Positions 9,545 through 20,051 are shown, numbered from the stretch's first letter. The stretch is DNA of 64,000 nt from Candidatus Lustribacter sp. (GCA_965277805.1 OZ255842.1:4800001-4864000), one strand, 5' to 3'. A program made the numbers and translations. Notes: generated from the sequence alone by a model not told the origin.

Positions 9545-10546
9545 ATGATCAACCGCCGCCGCGCAGTCGCTGCGCTCGCCGCACTTACCGCCGTGCCGTT
9601 TGCGCGCGCCGCATCGGCGGCCGACAAGATCACGATCTCGGTGCCGTCGACGAACGTGGACGATGCCGCGATCTTCGTTGCGTTGCAGAAGGGCTATTTC
9701 GCGGCCGCGGGACTCGACGCCGACCTCACCGTGATGGGCGGCGGCATCGCGACGCCCGGGCTGCTTTCGGGAAGCCTGCAAGCGAGTGCATCGCCGGCCG
9801 CGGCGCTGAGCGCGATCTTGCGCGGCGCCGACCTGCGCATCTTGCTCGTGTTCGGCACGAGCCCGCCCTACCAGTTGTGGGGCAACGATTCGATCCGGTC
9901 GCTCGCCGATTTGCCCGGCAAGACCGTCGGCATTCAGAGCCGCGGCGATACCTTCGAACTCGCCACGCGCATCGCGCTGCAGCAAGCCGGCGTCTCAGCC
10001 GATTCGGTCGGCTTCACGCCGCTGGGCGTCGGCGGAACGGTCGGCGGTGCCCTGACGAGCGGTGCGGTTCCGGCGATCTGCACCGCCGGCGTCGAAATCA
10101 ACGAATTGCGCGCGCACGGTCTGCTCAAGAACGCCCACCTCGTCATGAACTACTACGGCAAAATTCACATGCCGTTCAACGGTCTAGCGACCTCGCAGAA
10201 GCTCATCACCGAGAGCCCGCAAATCGTGCACGGCATCGTGACCGGAATCGTCAAAGCGGTGCGCTACGCGCGTGCGTTCAAGCCGCAGACTGTTGCGATG
10301 ACGGCGAAGTACGCAACCAACCCCAACCTGGTGGCGCTCGGCGAAGACTACGACGTGCTGATGGAGTACTTGACCCCATCGTTGACGGCGCGCCCCGACG
10401 TGCTGATCCCCGATCTTGCGGTGCGCGCGCAGTTGCTGAACATTCCGAAAGCGCAGATTCCGCCGATCGAAAAAGTCTACGACTTCACGATCGCGCAGGC
10501 GGTCGGGGCCGAACTCGATCGCGCTCGCTGGCGGCCGGTCGCGTAA
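9545..10546 (+). CDS. NMT1/THI5-like ABC substrate-binding protein with Tat-type signal
   Basis: 'NRRRAVAAL...ARA' leader, 'VALQKGYFAAAGLD', 'SLADLPGKTVG'. Confidence 0.88.
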   Translation: MINRRRAVAALAALTAVPFARAASAADKITISVPSTNVDDAAIFVALQKGYFAAAGLDADLTVMGGGIATPGLLSGSLQASASPAAALSAILRGADLRILLVFGTSPPYQLWGNDSIRSLADLPGKTVGIQSRGDTFELATRIALQQAGVSADSVGFTPLGVGGTVGGALTSGAVPAICTAGVEINELRAHGLLKNAHLVMNYYGKIHMPFNGLATSQKLITESPQIVHGIVTGIVKAVRYARAFKPQTVAMTAKYATNPNLVALGEDYDVLMEYLTPSLTARPDVLIPDLAVRAQLLNIPKAQIPPIEKVYDFTIAQAVGAELDRARWRPVA

Positions 10547-10571
10547 CGGGGCGTCCGCTGATCCCGCCTCA

Positions 10572-10591
10572 GGTTCGGCGCTGGCCGAACC
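10572..10591. promoter_or_regulatory. Palindrome, candidate operator of the downstream ArsR-type regulator
   Basis: GGTTCGGC-GCTG-GCCGAACC perfect 8-bp inverted repeat just upstream of the MFS-regulator pair. Confidence 0.5.
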
Positions 10592-10597
10592 GTCGTT

Positions 10598-11979
10598 TTG
10601 GCTCCGGTAAACGCGGTAGACTCGGGAGATGAGCCTTCATCGATGGTGATTGCGGCCACAGCGCTCGGCTTCGTCCTCGTTCAGCTCGACGTGTCGATCG
10701 TGAACGTTGCGCTCCCCACGATGGGACGCGAGCTTCATTCCGGCGTCGCCGCTCTCCAGTGGGTTGTCGATGCGTACACCGTAACGTTCGCGGCGCTGCT
10801 GCTTTCGGGCGGAGCGTTGGGCGACCGGATCGGTGCGCGGCGTGCGTACGCCGGCGGTTTCGTCGTCTTCGTGTGCGCCTCGATCGCATGCGGTTTCGCA
10901 TCGACGGCCGATATGCTGATCGCCGCGCGCGTCGTGCAAGGCGCGGGCGCGGCGCTGCTCATTCCGTCTTCGCTGGCGCTGATCAATCACGCGTACGGGA
11001 ACGACGCGGGAGAGAGCGGGCCAAAGCGGTTGGTCTCTGGACTGCTGCCGGGAGCGTTGCGCTCGCAGCCGGACCGATCGCCGGCGGCGCACTGATCGAG
11101 AGCATCGGTTGGCGAAGCATTTTCTTCGTCAACGTGCCGCTGGGTGCAATCGGGCTGTGGCTTACCTGGCGCTGGGTCGCCGAGACGCCACCTGGAGAGC
11201 GCGCGTTTGATTTTCCGGGTCAAGTGCTTGCGGTCATCGCGCTCGGTCTCCTGATCGCAGACGTCATCGCCGCCGGCGCGACGGATTGGAACCCGCCGTT
11301 CGTTGTCCTGGGCCTTGCCGCAACGGTCGTTTTCGGCGCCGCGTTCATCTTTGCCGAAGCCCGTTCGCGCGCACCGATGCTGCCGCTCGATTTATTCCGG
11401 CGGGCCGGATTCAGCGCACCGGCGATCGTGGGCTTTGCGATCAACCTGACGTTGTATGGACAATTGTTCGTGCTGAGGCTTTTTTGGCAGCGCACGCAAG
11501 GCTACGGTCCGTTGCAGACGGGTCTAGCATTTCTGCCGTTCTGCGTAAGCCTGGGCTTCGCGAACGTCATCACCGGCCGGCTCGTTGCGAAGCACGGACC
11601 GCGATGGCCGATGATTGCGGGCTTGACGATTGCGATCGCCGGCTATCTGCTGCTATTGCCGATCGATGCGCACGTACCGTATGCAATGCTCTTGCCCGGC
11701 ACGATCGTGCTCCCGTTCGGAATCGGTCTGGCCGTGCCGGCAATGACGAGTGCGCTGCTCGCTGCGGTTGAAAAAGAGCGGTCCGGGATCGCTTCCGGTG
11801 TGCTGAACGCGGTGCGGCAAGCGGCCGGCGCGCTCGGCGTCGCCGTTCTCGGAGCAATTGCCGTCCACGGGGTACTCGGCGTTCGCATCGGACTGCTTCT
11901 TTCGGCTGCCCTCATCGCGCTTGCACTCCTCGTCGCGATCTTCGGACTGCGTGCGTCCGCGAAGGGAGCGTCGTCATAG
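10598..11979 (+). pseudogene. DHA2 (EmrB/QacA-like) MFS transporter, frameshifted
   Basis: N-half 'QLDVSIVNVALP' (10598..11095 frame) and C-half 'RAKAVGLW...GWRSIFFVNVP' (10759..11979 frame) meet at GAGAGAG near 11010-11016; removing one AG restores NDAGERAKAV. Confidence 0.8.
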
Positions 11980-12665
11980 CGAACGAGGGGCCGCGCATCG
12001 ATCAGGTTGCGCGGCTCGTCGGCGATCCATCGCGGGCAAGGATGCTCGACGTCCTCATGGACGGCCGCGCTTGGACGGGCCGCGAACTCGCGCGCGCCGC
12101 TCACGTCACGGCGTCGACCGCAAGCGAGCATTTGCAGCGTCTCGTGAACGGCGACTTGCTGTCCGTCGTTGCGCAGGGCCGGTTCCGCTACTACCGGCTG
12201 GCGTCGCCGGACGTCGCGTATGCGCTCGAAGCGCTGATGGTGCTGGCGCCGCGGGAAGCAACTGCAGCGCCGAAGCGCGCGGCCTTCGATCCGCTGTTGC
12301 GGCGCGGCCGCACGTGCTACGACCACTTAGCCGGCGAACTCGGCGTGGCGCTTGCGGAGGCGCTCGTCCGCCGCGGGGCCGTCGTATTCGGCTCGGACGG
12401 CGGCACGCTCACGCCTGAGGGCGTCGAGCTTTTCGAGCGGCTCGAGATTGCGATCGAGCCCGGCAATGCTCGCCGTCCGCTCTGCCGTCCGTGCATGGAT
12501 TGGAGCGAGCGGCGGTTGCATCTGGCCGGACGGGCCGGCACCGCGCTCGCGCGGCACGCGCTCGAACGCGGCTGGATCCGACGGCAAAAGGGCACCCGCG
12601 CCGTTCTCGTCACCGATGCCGGCGCCGCGGCCTTAGACGATCTCTTTGACGTGCGGCTCTCGTAA
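11976..12665 (+). CDS. ArsR-type winged-helix regulator, RTCYDHLAG (YdfF-like) subfamily
   Basis: 'TASEHL..L', 'QGRFRYYRLA', 'RTCYDHLAG', 'CMDWSERR.HLAG'; family-like sequence (VARLVGDPSRARML) extends upstream of ATG 12042 to an ATA at 11976. Confidence 0.88.
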   Translation: MANEGPRIDQVARLVGDPSRARMLDVLMDGRAWTGRELARAAHVTASTASEHLQRLVNGDLLSVVAQGRFRYYRLASPDVAYALEALMVLAPREATAAPKRAAFDPLLRRGRTCYDHLAGELGVALAEALVRRGAVVFGSDGGTLTPEGVELFERLEIAIEPGNARRPLCRPCMDWSERRLHLAGRAGTALARHALERGWIRRQKGTRAVLVTDAGAAALDDLFDVRLS

Positions 12666-12708
12666 GCGCCAGGACTCCCTTCGTGCTTCCCGCATAAATT
12701 TCGGAGAG

Positions 12709-13641
12709 ATGGCTGAAGTCGTAGCGATTGGTGCGCTCTCGCACAGCCCGCTTCTGAACGGCGCGACGGCAGACGGCGTAACGCCGCCTGCGGGCGTCGC
12801 CGAATTTCGCGCCGCCGCACGGGCGCTTGGCGATCGCATCAAGGCGGCAAAGCCCGACGCGCTGCTGCTGATCGGCCCCGACCACTTCCGCTCACTGTTC
12901 TACGTGAATATGCCGGCGTTCTGCCTCGGCGTCGGTCGCGTAACCGGCTGGGGCGACTGGGAGACGCGCACGGGCGAGCTTCCGAGCCGGCCGGCGATCG
13001 CGCGCGCACTGCACCGCGCGCTACTCGAAGCCGACTTCGATCTTTCCGCTTCCTACGATCTGCCGATCGACCACGGCCTCACGCAACCGCTCGACCTGTG
13101 CGCGCTGCCGGCGGATCTGCCGATCGTGCCGTTGATCGTCAATGCGAATGCGCCGCCGCGGCCGTCGCTGCGCCGCTGTTTCGCGCTCGGCATTGCGTTG
13201 CGCAACGCGATCGGCGCGTTACCGCAGGCCGTGCGCGTGGCTGTCATTGCATCCGGCGGGCTTTCGCACACGCCGCCGGCCGGCGACATCGAAGCCGGCA
13301 GTGCGGAAACGGTGGAGCGGCTCATTCACGGTGCGGCGCGGGTGCACGACGACGAGGCTGCGCGCGAAGCACAGATTCTCGCCGCCGTACCGGTTCTCGC
13401 TACCGGCATCAATGCCGGCTGGGATCGCAAGCTGCTCGCGCGTTTGGAAGCGGGCGACGGTGCCGCTGTTGCGTTAGAGCTCACCGATGCCGCGATCGAC
13501 GCGGAAGGCGGCAACGGCGGCCACGAGGTCCGTTCGTGGATCATCGCTGCCGGCATCGCGGGTGAGTTGCCGTTTCACACGTTGTCGTACGCGCCGATTC
13601 CCGAACTGATCACGGGCATGTCGGTGGGAGCGTTCGGCTGA
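12709..13641 (+). CDS. Class III (LigB/MhpB-like) extradiol ring-cleavage dioxygenase
   Basis: 'SHSP', 'GPDH', 'DHG', 'SGGLSH', 'GNGGHEVRSW' motifs. Confidence 0.9.
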   Translation: MAEVVAIGALSHSPLLNGATADGVTPPAGVAEFRAAARALGDRIKAAKPDALLLIGPDHFRSLFYVNMPAFCLGVGRVTGWGDWETRTGELPSRPAIARALHRALLEADFDLSASYDLPIDHGLTQPLDLCALPADLPIVPLIVNANAPPRPSLRRCFALGIALRNAIGALPQAVRVAVIASGGLSHTPPAGDIEAGSAETVERLIHGAARVHDDEAAREAQILAAVPVLATGINAGWDRKLLARLEAGDGAAVALELTDAAIDAEGGNGGHEVRSWIIAAGIAGELPFHTLSYAPIPELITGMSVGAFG

Positions 13642-14988
13642 ATGGATGCAGCCGAACTCGCCGGCCTCGTCGACGTTCGTAGCGGCACCGTCGATCCGCG
13701 CATCTACTTCGATCAAGACATCTACGACCTCGAACTCGAACGCGTCTTCGGGCGCTCGTGGCTCCTCCTCGGGCACGAATCCCAGATCCCGAAGCCGGGG
13801 GATTACGTCAGCACCTACATGGCGGAAGATCCGGTGCTGGTCGTGCGCCAGCCGGATCGCACGGTGCGCGCGTTCCTCAACGTCTGCCGTCATCGCGGCA
13901 TGCGCCTGTGCCCCTACGACCTCGGTAATGCAAAGGGATTCAGTTGTTCGTATCACGGTTGGTCGTACGATACGGCCGGCAAGTTGATCGGCGTGCCGCA
14001 CGCGCAGGACGGATACGGCGGCGAACTCGACCTTTCGCAGTGGCCGGCGCGCAGCGTCGAAAAACTCGAGATCTATCGCGGCTTGATCTTCGGCACCTGG
14101 AACGCCGATGCGCCCGACCTGCGCACCTATCTCGGACCGCTGGCGTGGTGGCTCGACGGCATGCTCGACCGATCACCGGCCGGATCGAAATTGATTCCGG
14201 GCGTCTCGAAGTGGACCGTGCCGTGCAATTGGAAGCTGCCGGCCGAACAGTTCACCAGCGACTTCTATCATTTCCCAATCACGCACTCGTCCGCGATCGC
14301 GGCGATGCGCCGTCCGACGGATCCGCCGATCGAGCGCGCGTTCAACAAGACGCCCGGATATCAAGTCACGAGCTCCTACGGACATGGCTTCGGTTCGTTC
14401 TGGTTCACCGAACCCGAACGCCGAGCATGGACGGAAGATGCGGCGTGGCGTCATCAGGTTGAGGAGTTTCCGGCCGTCAAGGAACGGCTCGGCACGCTGC
14501 ACGCGGCGCGCACGAGCGGTCATGGTGAGGTGTTTCCGAACTTTGCCACGCTGGCCGGACCCGGCCTATTGCGCATCTGGCATCCGCGCGGACCGAACTT
14601 GACCGACGTGTGGTCGTACTTGGTCGTGGAAGCCGATGCGCCCGACGACGTGGTCGAGGCCGTTCGCGTCGGCGGTGCGCGCAGCTTCGGGCCGAGCGGT
14701 TTGCTCGAACAAGACGATTCCGAGAACTGGATTCAGATCCAGCGCAATCTGCGCGGCTACGTCACCCGGCAAACGCCGTTCAACATGCAGATGGGTTTGC
14801 ACGGCACGCCGATCGAGACCGACGAAATTCCGGGCGTCGTGCGGCACGTGTTCTGCGAGAGCGCGGCGCGCGGAATGTACGAACGCTGGCACGAGCTGCT
14901 GCGCACGCCGACCGCGGTCGAAGCCGAGCGGCTACGCGTTGCGCGCGCGCCCGAGCGCGACCGCGCGTTCGTACCGGTGGTGCGATGA
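13642..14988 (+). CDS. Rieske aromatic ring-hydroxylating dioxygenase alpha subunit (HcaE/BphA-like)
   Basis: CRHRG...CSYHGW Rieske ligands; '[14 protein letters not shown]...TH' and 'EQDDSENW' iron site. Confidence 0.95.
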   Translation: MDAAELAGLVDVRSGTVDPRIYFDQDIYDLELERVFGRSWLLLGHESQIPKPGDYVSTYMAEDPVLVVRQPDRTVRAFLNVCRHRGMRLCPYDLGNAKGFSCSYHGWSYDTAGKLIGVPHAQDGYGGELDLSQWPARSVEKLEIYRGLIFGTWNADAPDLRTYLGPLAWWLDGMLDRSPAGSKLIPGVSKWTVPCNWKLPAEQFTSDFYHFPITHSSAIAAMRRPTDPPIERAFNKTPGYQVTSSYGHGFGSFWFTEPERRAWTEDAAWRHQVEEFPAVKERLGTLHAARTSGHGEVFPNFATLAGPGLLRIWHPRGPNLTDVWSYLVVEADAPDDVVEAVRVGGARSFGPSGLLEQDDSENWIQIQRNLRGYVTRQTPFNMQMGLHGTPIETDEIPGVVRHVFCESAARGMYERWHELLRTPTAVEAERLRVARAPERDRAFVPVVR

Positions 14989-15503
14989 GCGTTACCGATG
15001 AGATGGTGCGCTATTTCAGCGTTCAGAACTTCCTCTTCGACGAGGCCGCGCTGCTCGACGAGCGGCGCTTCGATGAATGGCTCGAGCTCTGCGCCCCCGA
15101 GATCCGCTATTGGATGCCGGCCCAGACGAACCGCGATCGCCGCGAGCGCGATCTCACCGTTGGAGGACCCCAAGATCTACCGATGTTCGAAGAAACGTGG
15201 GAGCATCTCCATCAACGCGTGCGACGGCTGGCGACGGGCCACGCCTGGGCCGAAGAGCCGCCGTCGCGCACGCGCCGCTTCGTCGCCAACCTGCGCGTTG
15301 CCGAACGCGGCGAAGGTGCCGTGCGCGCATCCAGCAGTCTGCTGCTTTACCGCACGCGACACGACGCCGACGTACAGTTCTTCGTCGCTTCCCGCCAAGA
15401 CGATCTGCGCCCGCATGAAACGCACCGCTGGCAAATCGTCGCTCGTACGATCGTGCTCGACGCGACGACGGTTCCGGGCCACAACTTGAGCGTGTTCTTC
15501 TGA
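14985..15503 (+). CDS. Ring-hydroxylating dioxygenase beta subunit (HcaF/BphE-like)
   Basis: '[18 protein letters not shown]', '[11 protein letters not shown]', C-terminal 'NLSVFF'; ATGA overlap. Confidence 0.93.
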   Translation: MSVTDEMVRYFSVQNFLFDEAALLDERRFDEWLELCAPEIRYWMPAQTNRDRRERDLTVGGPQDLPMFEETWEHLHQRVRRLATGHAWAEEPPSRTRRFVANLRVAERGEGAVRASSSLLLYRTRHDADVQFFVASRQDDLRPHETHRWQIVARTIVLDATTVPGHNLSVFF

Positions 15504-16318
15504 TGAGCGGTCGTTTTGACGGTCGCGTCGTCTATCTCACCGGCGGCGGCTCGGGTCTCGGCCGCGCGCTGGTCGAACGCTTCATCGCTGAAGGCGCGAC
15601 GCTGACCGTGCTCGATCGCTCGGCGGAAAAGAATCGCGAGTTGCGTGAAGCATTCGGCGAGGCGGTCGTCACCACCACCGCCGATGTCCGCGACCCGAAG
15701 GCGCACGTGGCCGCGGTCGAAGCGGGCCTAGCCGCGTACGGCCGGCTGGACGTCTATATCGCGAACGCGGCGATCTGGGACGGAAACGTCTCGCTGCTGG
15801 ACCTGCCGCCCGAACGCATCGACGCGGCTTTTGAAGAAGTGTTCGGTGTCAACGTCAAAGGCGCGCTGCTCGGCGCAAAAGCCGCTGCGCCCGCGCTTGT
15901 CGAGAGTCGCGGAGCGATGATCTTCACGCTCTCGATTGCGGCGTTGCGGGCGGGCGGCGGCGGGCCGTTGTACACGAGTTCCAAAACGGCCGGGATCGGG
16001 CTCGTACGCGAGCTGGCGTTCGAACTCGCGCCGTTCGTGCGCGTCAACGGCGTTTGCCCCGGCGCGATGGCGACGGACTTGCGCGGCCCGGAATCGCTCG
16101 CGCTCGGCGACAAACCGCTGATGGCGAATATCGATCCGGACGTGATTCGCAGCGCCTACCCGCTCGACTTTTTTCCGCAGCCCGGCGACTACGTCGGGGC
16201 GTATCTGTTTCTTGCCTCGTCGGATTCATCGGTTACGACGGGTACGCTGATTGAAGCAGATCTCGGGATGAGCGCGCGCGGCATTCGCAAAATCGCCGGC
16301 CGCGCGGGTCAAGACTAA
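15503..16318 (+). CDS. cis-dihydrodiol dehydrogenase (HcaB/BphB-like SDR)
   Basis: TGGGSGLG, 'NAAIWD', 'GGGGPLYTSSK', 'LAFELAP.VRVNGV.PG'. Confidence 0.92.
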   Translation: MSGRFDGRVVYLTGGGSGLGRALVERFIAEGATLTVLDRSAEKNRELREAFGEAVVTTTADVRDPKAHVAAVEAGLAAYGRLDVYIANAAIWDGNVSLLDLPPERIDAAFEEVFGVNVKGALLGAKAAAPALVESRGAMIFTLSIAALRAGGGGPLYTSSKTAGIGLVRELAFELAPFVRVNGVCPGAMATDLRGPESLALGDKPLMANIDPDVIRSAYPLDFFPQPGDYVGAYLFLASSDSSVTTGTLIEADLGMSARGIRKIAGRAGQD

Positions 16319-17076
16319 GGCTGGAAGCCGGCGCTCTTCCAGACTGCCGCCCGGGCCGGACTCGTGGCGTCGGCAATGAACGCGCGCGCATCGTCGGGCG
16401 AGGTCGACCCCTTTGCTACCGCGACCGAGTACGTGATGTAATTCTGCAGCGCCGCCGGAAACGGTCCCGCAACGGCGACACCTTTCACGGGCACGATTTC
16501 GCTGATGTTCTGAACGCAAAGCGCGGCCTTACCGCTCGCGACGAGATCGCAAGAGAAGCCGCCCGGCACTAGGGTCTCCTTCGGGCGCACGGCGTCTGCG
16601 ATGCCCATCTTTTGCAACAGCCCCGCAAAGTAGATTCCGCTCGAGGCGCCCGCGGCCGGATCGGTCGTGGCGATCGACGGCGCGGCGAGGAGTGTCGCCT
16701 TGAGGGCATCAGGGGTCGACAGATCCGGTACGGCTGCGCCCGCGCGTATCCCGACGCCGATGCCGGTCCGGCCGAGATCGACGCGCGTGCCGGCAATGAT
16801 GCCGCCGTTCGTCGTTAGCGTGTCGAGCGCGGGAGCGGAAAGTACGACGACGTCGGCGTGTGCGCCGGCTGCAAGCTTGGCCGTTATTTGGCCGGCCGTT
16901 CCTTCGGTCACGACCACCGCGCGCCCGTGCGCACGTTCGAAGTCGTGGGCGAATTGTTCGATGACCGCCGAGGCTGCGCCGGCGCAAAGCACCGTGATCG
17001 GCTCCGCGGCGCGAGCGGTCAGCGCGGACGCGGTTGATGCAAGGGCGACGAGTGCAGCGATGATGGCGATGCGCAT
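16315..17076 (-). CDS. ModA-like substrate-binding-fold protein, secreted
   Basis: Signal peptide MRIAII...ARA; 'DLGRTGIGVGIRAGA..PD', 'DPAAGASSGIY', 'QNISEI'. Confidence 0.85.
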   Translation of the reverse strand: MRIAIIAALVALASTASALTARAAEPITVLCAGAASAVIEQFAHDFERAHGRAVVVTEGTAGQITAKLAAGAHADVVVLSAPALDTLTTNGGIIAGTRVDLGRTGIGVGIRAGAAVPDLSTPDALKATLLAAPSIATTDPAAGASSGIYFAGLLQKMGIADAVRPKETLVPGGFSCDLVASGKAALCVQNISEIVPVKGVAVAGPFPAALQNYITYSVAVAKGSTSPDDARAFIADATSPARAAVWKSAGFQP

Positions 17077-17138
17077 ATGGCGTGTGACCGGAGGGGCGCG
17101 CCGAGGAGTTGCGCTTTGCGGCAACGGAACTGCTCTGC

Positions 17139-17828
17139 ATGACGACGATAACCGCGATTTCATCGATGGCAACGCGCCAGCTTCTGAACGACCTTTCCCA
17201 TGCGTTCGAGCAGAACGCGCAGTGGAAAGTGGAGGTCGAATCGATGGGCGGCGTCGACGCGGCGCGCATCATACGCGAGGGCAAGCCGTTCGACGTCATC
17301 GTGCTCGCCTCGAACGTGATGGAGCAGCTGGAAAAGGACGGCTGGATCGTCCCCGGCTCGCGCGCTGATATCGCTCGCTCGGGCGTCGCCGTTGCCGTGC
17401 GTTCGGGCCTGCCGCATCCCGCAATCGCGAGCGAAGAAGACGTCAAGCAGGCGGTTCTGGGATCGAAGAAGATCAGCTACTCGAGTGGCCCGTCCGGTGA
17501 TCATCTGAAGCGACTCTTCGCCCGCTGGAACATTGCCGAACAAATGGCCGATCGCACGGTCGAAGCGAGACCGGGGATTCCCGTCGGCTCGCTCTTGGCG
17601 CGCGGAGATGCCGATCTCGGTTTCCAGCAACTGAGCGAATTTCTCGATCTGGACGGTATCGATATCGTCGGTCCGCTGCCGGAGGCGATCCAAACGATCA
17701 CGGTCTTCACTGCCGGCGTCGGCACGCGGTCCGCGCACCCGGACGGCGCGCGCGCTTACGTCCAGCACCTCATTTCGCCGGCGACCGCCGCGGCCAAAGA
17801 GAAGCTTGGTATGGAGGCCGCTGCGTAA
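17139..17828 (+). CDS. ModA-like substrate-binding-fold protein lacking a signal peptide
   Basis: 'ISSMATR', 'ARSGVAVAVR', 'YSSGPSG', 'GFQQLSE'; AGGAG upstream. Confidence 0.85.
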   Translation: MTTITAISSMATRQLLNDLSHAFEQNAQWKVEVESMGGVDAARIIREGKPFDVIVLASNVMEQLEKDGWIVPGSRADIARSGVAVAVRSGLPHPAIASEEDVKQAVLGSKKISYSSGPSGDHLKRLFARWNIAEQMADRTVEARPGIPVGSLLARGDADLGFQQLSEFLDLDGIDIVGPLPEAIQTITVFTAGVGTRSAHPDGARAYVQHLISPATAAAKEKLGMEAAA

Positions 17829-17838
17829 GTCGCCCGTC

Positions 17839-18942
17839 CTAGTGCACGTAGCCGCGCTCGCGGTAATATTTGAGCGCGCCGGGGGCCATCGGAATCACGG
17901 GGCTGACGGCGACTGAGTGGATGTCGTAATACCATGGGTCGCCGTACATCCGGAAGAGGTCCTGATGCTGGTCGAGCGCTTTGGCCACGGCATAGGTGAA
18001 GCTGTCGGGTGCGTCGGCACGCACGTAGATGACGTTCTCCGAGCGCGTGACGGTCGGTACCGGCCGTTCGACGCCGCGCAGCAATGCGATCGGTGCGTCG
18101 GCGCGCCGATAACTGCCTTGCGCGACGATCGTTGTGCGAAGCTGTTCCGGCATGTCAAAGAAAACGAGGTCATCGAGTTGGCTCGCTTCATACCACAGGC
18201 GCTGCTCCGGCGTGTCGGCGAGAAGTGCGCCGCCGATGAACAGGTCGGCCTGAGCGCGCCCTACGCGATCCCCGGTTTTCACAAAGCCTCCGCCGTGCGC
18301 TTTTAAGCCGTCCTCGGTGATCCCGTAGTAATCGAGGATGGCTTGCGTCGCTTGATCGCGCGGCGGGAAGGCGATCCAGGTCGGCGCCATGCGGTCCTTG
18401 ACTTGCGAGAGATCCGTGATGCCGGATTTCTTGGTTGCCGCCATCATCATGAAATTTGGTTGATGCACGACCGCGATGATGCGGTAGTTGTGGCGAGTCT
18501 TATGATCCTTCGCGTATGGTCCCGTTCCGTTCCAAGCGGCGATCAAATTGGTCAGGCTGGTCGCGCTGATATCGGGAACGGCGTCCGGCGGATTTTCAAT
18601 GTACGAACTCACTTGATCGTCGACGGGAATCGTCGGGAAAATCGGTTTGAGGCGATCGGCCATCTCACGTGGACCATATTCGGACCAGCAGACAAAGCAA
18701 ATTTTCACGTCATAATCGATCGGTTTCATCGCCGCTTGCGTGATGAGTGCGAGCACCCCCCACGGGCAGGCCTTGCACGCGCCGGCGAAGACCGGACGTT
18801 TGATCGCGATCCCCGTTGCACCGATATTGACGAGCTTCAACGGAACGGTTGCGGGCGCGGGCTCTTGCGCCTGTGAGAAGCTTTGCGTCGAGAGGAGAAA
18901 GCAGAGTGCAACGATGGTGGCCACCCAGGCGCCGAATCGCAT
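17839..18942 (-). CDS. TAXI-family TRAP solute-binding-like secreted protein
   Basis: Signal peptide; 'SGITDLSQVK', 'VRADAPDSFTYAVAKAL', 'IPMAPGALKYYRERG'; GGGAGG RBS. Confidence 0.75.
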   Translation of the reverse strand: MRFGAWVATIVALCFLLSTQSFSQAQEPAPATVPLKLVNIGATGIAIKRPVFAGACKACPWGVLALITQAAMKPIDYDVKICFVCWSEYGPREMADRLKPIFPTIPVDDQVSSYIENPPDAVPDISATSLTNLIAAWNGTGPYAKDHKTRHNYRIIAVVHQPNFMMMAATKKSGITDLSQVKDRMAPTWIAFPPRDQATQAILDYYGITEDGLKAHGGGFVKTGDRVGRAQADLFIGGALLADTPEQRLWYEASQLDDLVFFDMPEQLRTTIVAQGSYRRADAPIALLRGVERPVPTVTRSENVIYVRADAPDSFTYAVAKALDQHQDLFRMYGDPWYYDIHSVAVSPVIPMAPGALKYYRERGYVH

Positions 18943-19120
18943 ATGAGCCTCCCAGAAAAACCGTTTGCTCCCCGCTACTACCGCGAGCTCACACCTTTAG
19001 CCCTGCCTGACCGCGTGCGCGCGACGAAAGAATTGCCGGAACATGCTTGAGTGAGCGAACCTACACGGCGGATGAAAGACGCGGCTTCCGGTGTAAGTCT
19101 AAAAGCGAGCTTACTGGTCG

Positions 19121-19470
19121 GTGCAATGCGGAGAGCACTGGTTCACGTATTGTGTGTTCGGCAAGCCGCGGTATTGGCTGCTGGCCGGTGCGGTTTCGGT
19201 ACTCTTTTTCGTCGGATGTTTCGTGTTCGCGCATCTGCAACCGGCAATGCCGCTCTACAACGGCGGCGACTGCCAACCGCCAGCTGCGCTAAAACGGATG
19301 CGAAATCCACGATCGCGGCGACGACGTACCCGGCCAAGAAGATGCTCTGCGCCGCGCACATCAACCGTCAGGGCGGCATCAACTACACGACGTTCGATGC
19401 CACGTCCACTTGCCGCGAGCAGCAAAGCCTCAATCACATCGAAATCGTGGTCGCGCCACCCTCGCGCTAA
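19121..19470 (+). CDS. Possible membrane-anchored hypothetical protein, apparently frameshifted
   Basis: TM segment in the 19121 frame and protein-like C-terminus in the 19051..19470 frame; junction near 19275. Confidence 0.3.
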
Positions 19471-20039
19471 CGGGTGCCGGAGATGACCGCGAAACGGCTG
19501 ATCAGCTCCTGAGCTGACGACGCGCTGTCGACGAGCTTCTCCCGAGCGAACGCATCGACGGTTGTCTGGAGATCGCCGCAGTCAACGTAGCCCGCGTAGG
19601 CGTTATCACGAAGCGCTCTCGTGAAGCGCGCTATTGCGTAGTGCTTCGCTTCGAGCACGTGCGGCAACCCGACGTACCCGAAGTCCATCCCGTCTCTCAT
19701 CGCAACGAATTGTAACGGAAGCTGTTGCGCGTGTGCGCGAGCGGCGGTCAGCGTGTCGGTGAATGCTACATCCGCGGTGCCTTCGGAAATCGCGGCCACG
19801 GCCTCGGCAGCACCGGACAATGTCGCCGCCTGCACGTCCAACCCGTATTCCCGGAAAAGGCCGGCCGTGACGTCGTGGCTTAGCTTTTCCCAGCCTGCCA
19901 TCGGGAAGCCGGCGATGCGCAGCACGTGCAGACGCTGCTCTCGTGCGATGCGCGCCGTGAACGCGCCGCTGCAAAGAGAGGTCGTCGTCAGCACGATCGG
20001 CCGGCGCGCCGTCAGCGCTCTCATCGCATCGTTCAGCAT
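19467..20039 (-). CDS. Shortened NMT1-like substrate-binding protein
   Basis: 'GLFREYGLDVQ...AVAAISEGTADVAF' with the central lobe apparently missing. Confidence 0.6.
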   Translation of the reverse strand: MLNDAMRALTARRPIVLTTTSLCSGAFTARIAREQRLHVLRIAGFPMAGWEKLSHDVTAGLFREYGLDVQAATLSGAAEAVAAISEGTADVAFTDTLTAARAHAQQLPLQFVAMRDGMDFGYVGLPHVLEAKHYAIARFTRALRDNAYAGYVDCGDLQTTVDAFAREKLVDSASSAQELISRFAVISGTR

Positions 20040-20051
20040 GCTATGCCTGCA

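Noticed and set aside
19047-19292. ORF with DERR and C-x9-C resembling the start of the zinc-finger motif
   Set aside because: The W-x-C-x2-C-x4-C-x2-H core is absent in all three frames; likely chance.
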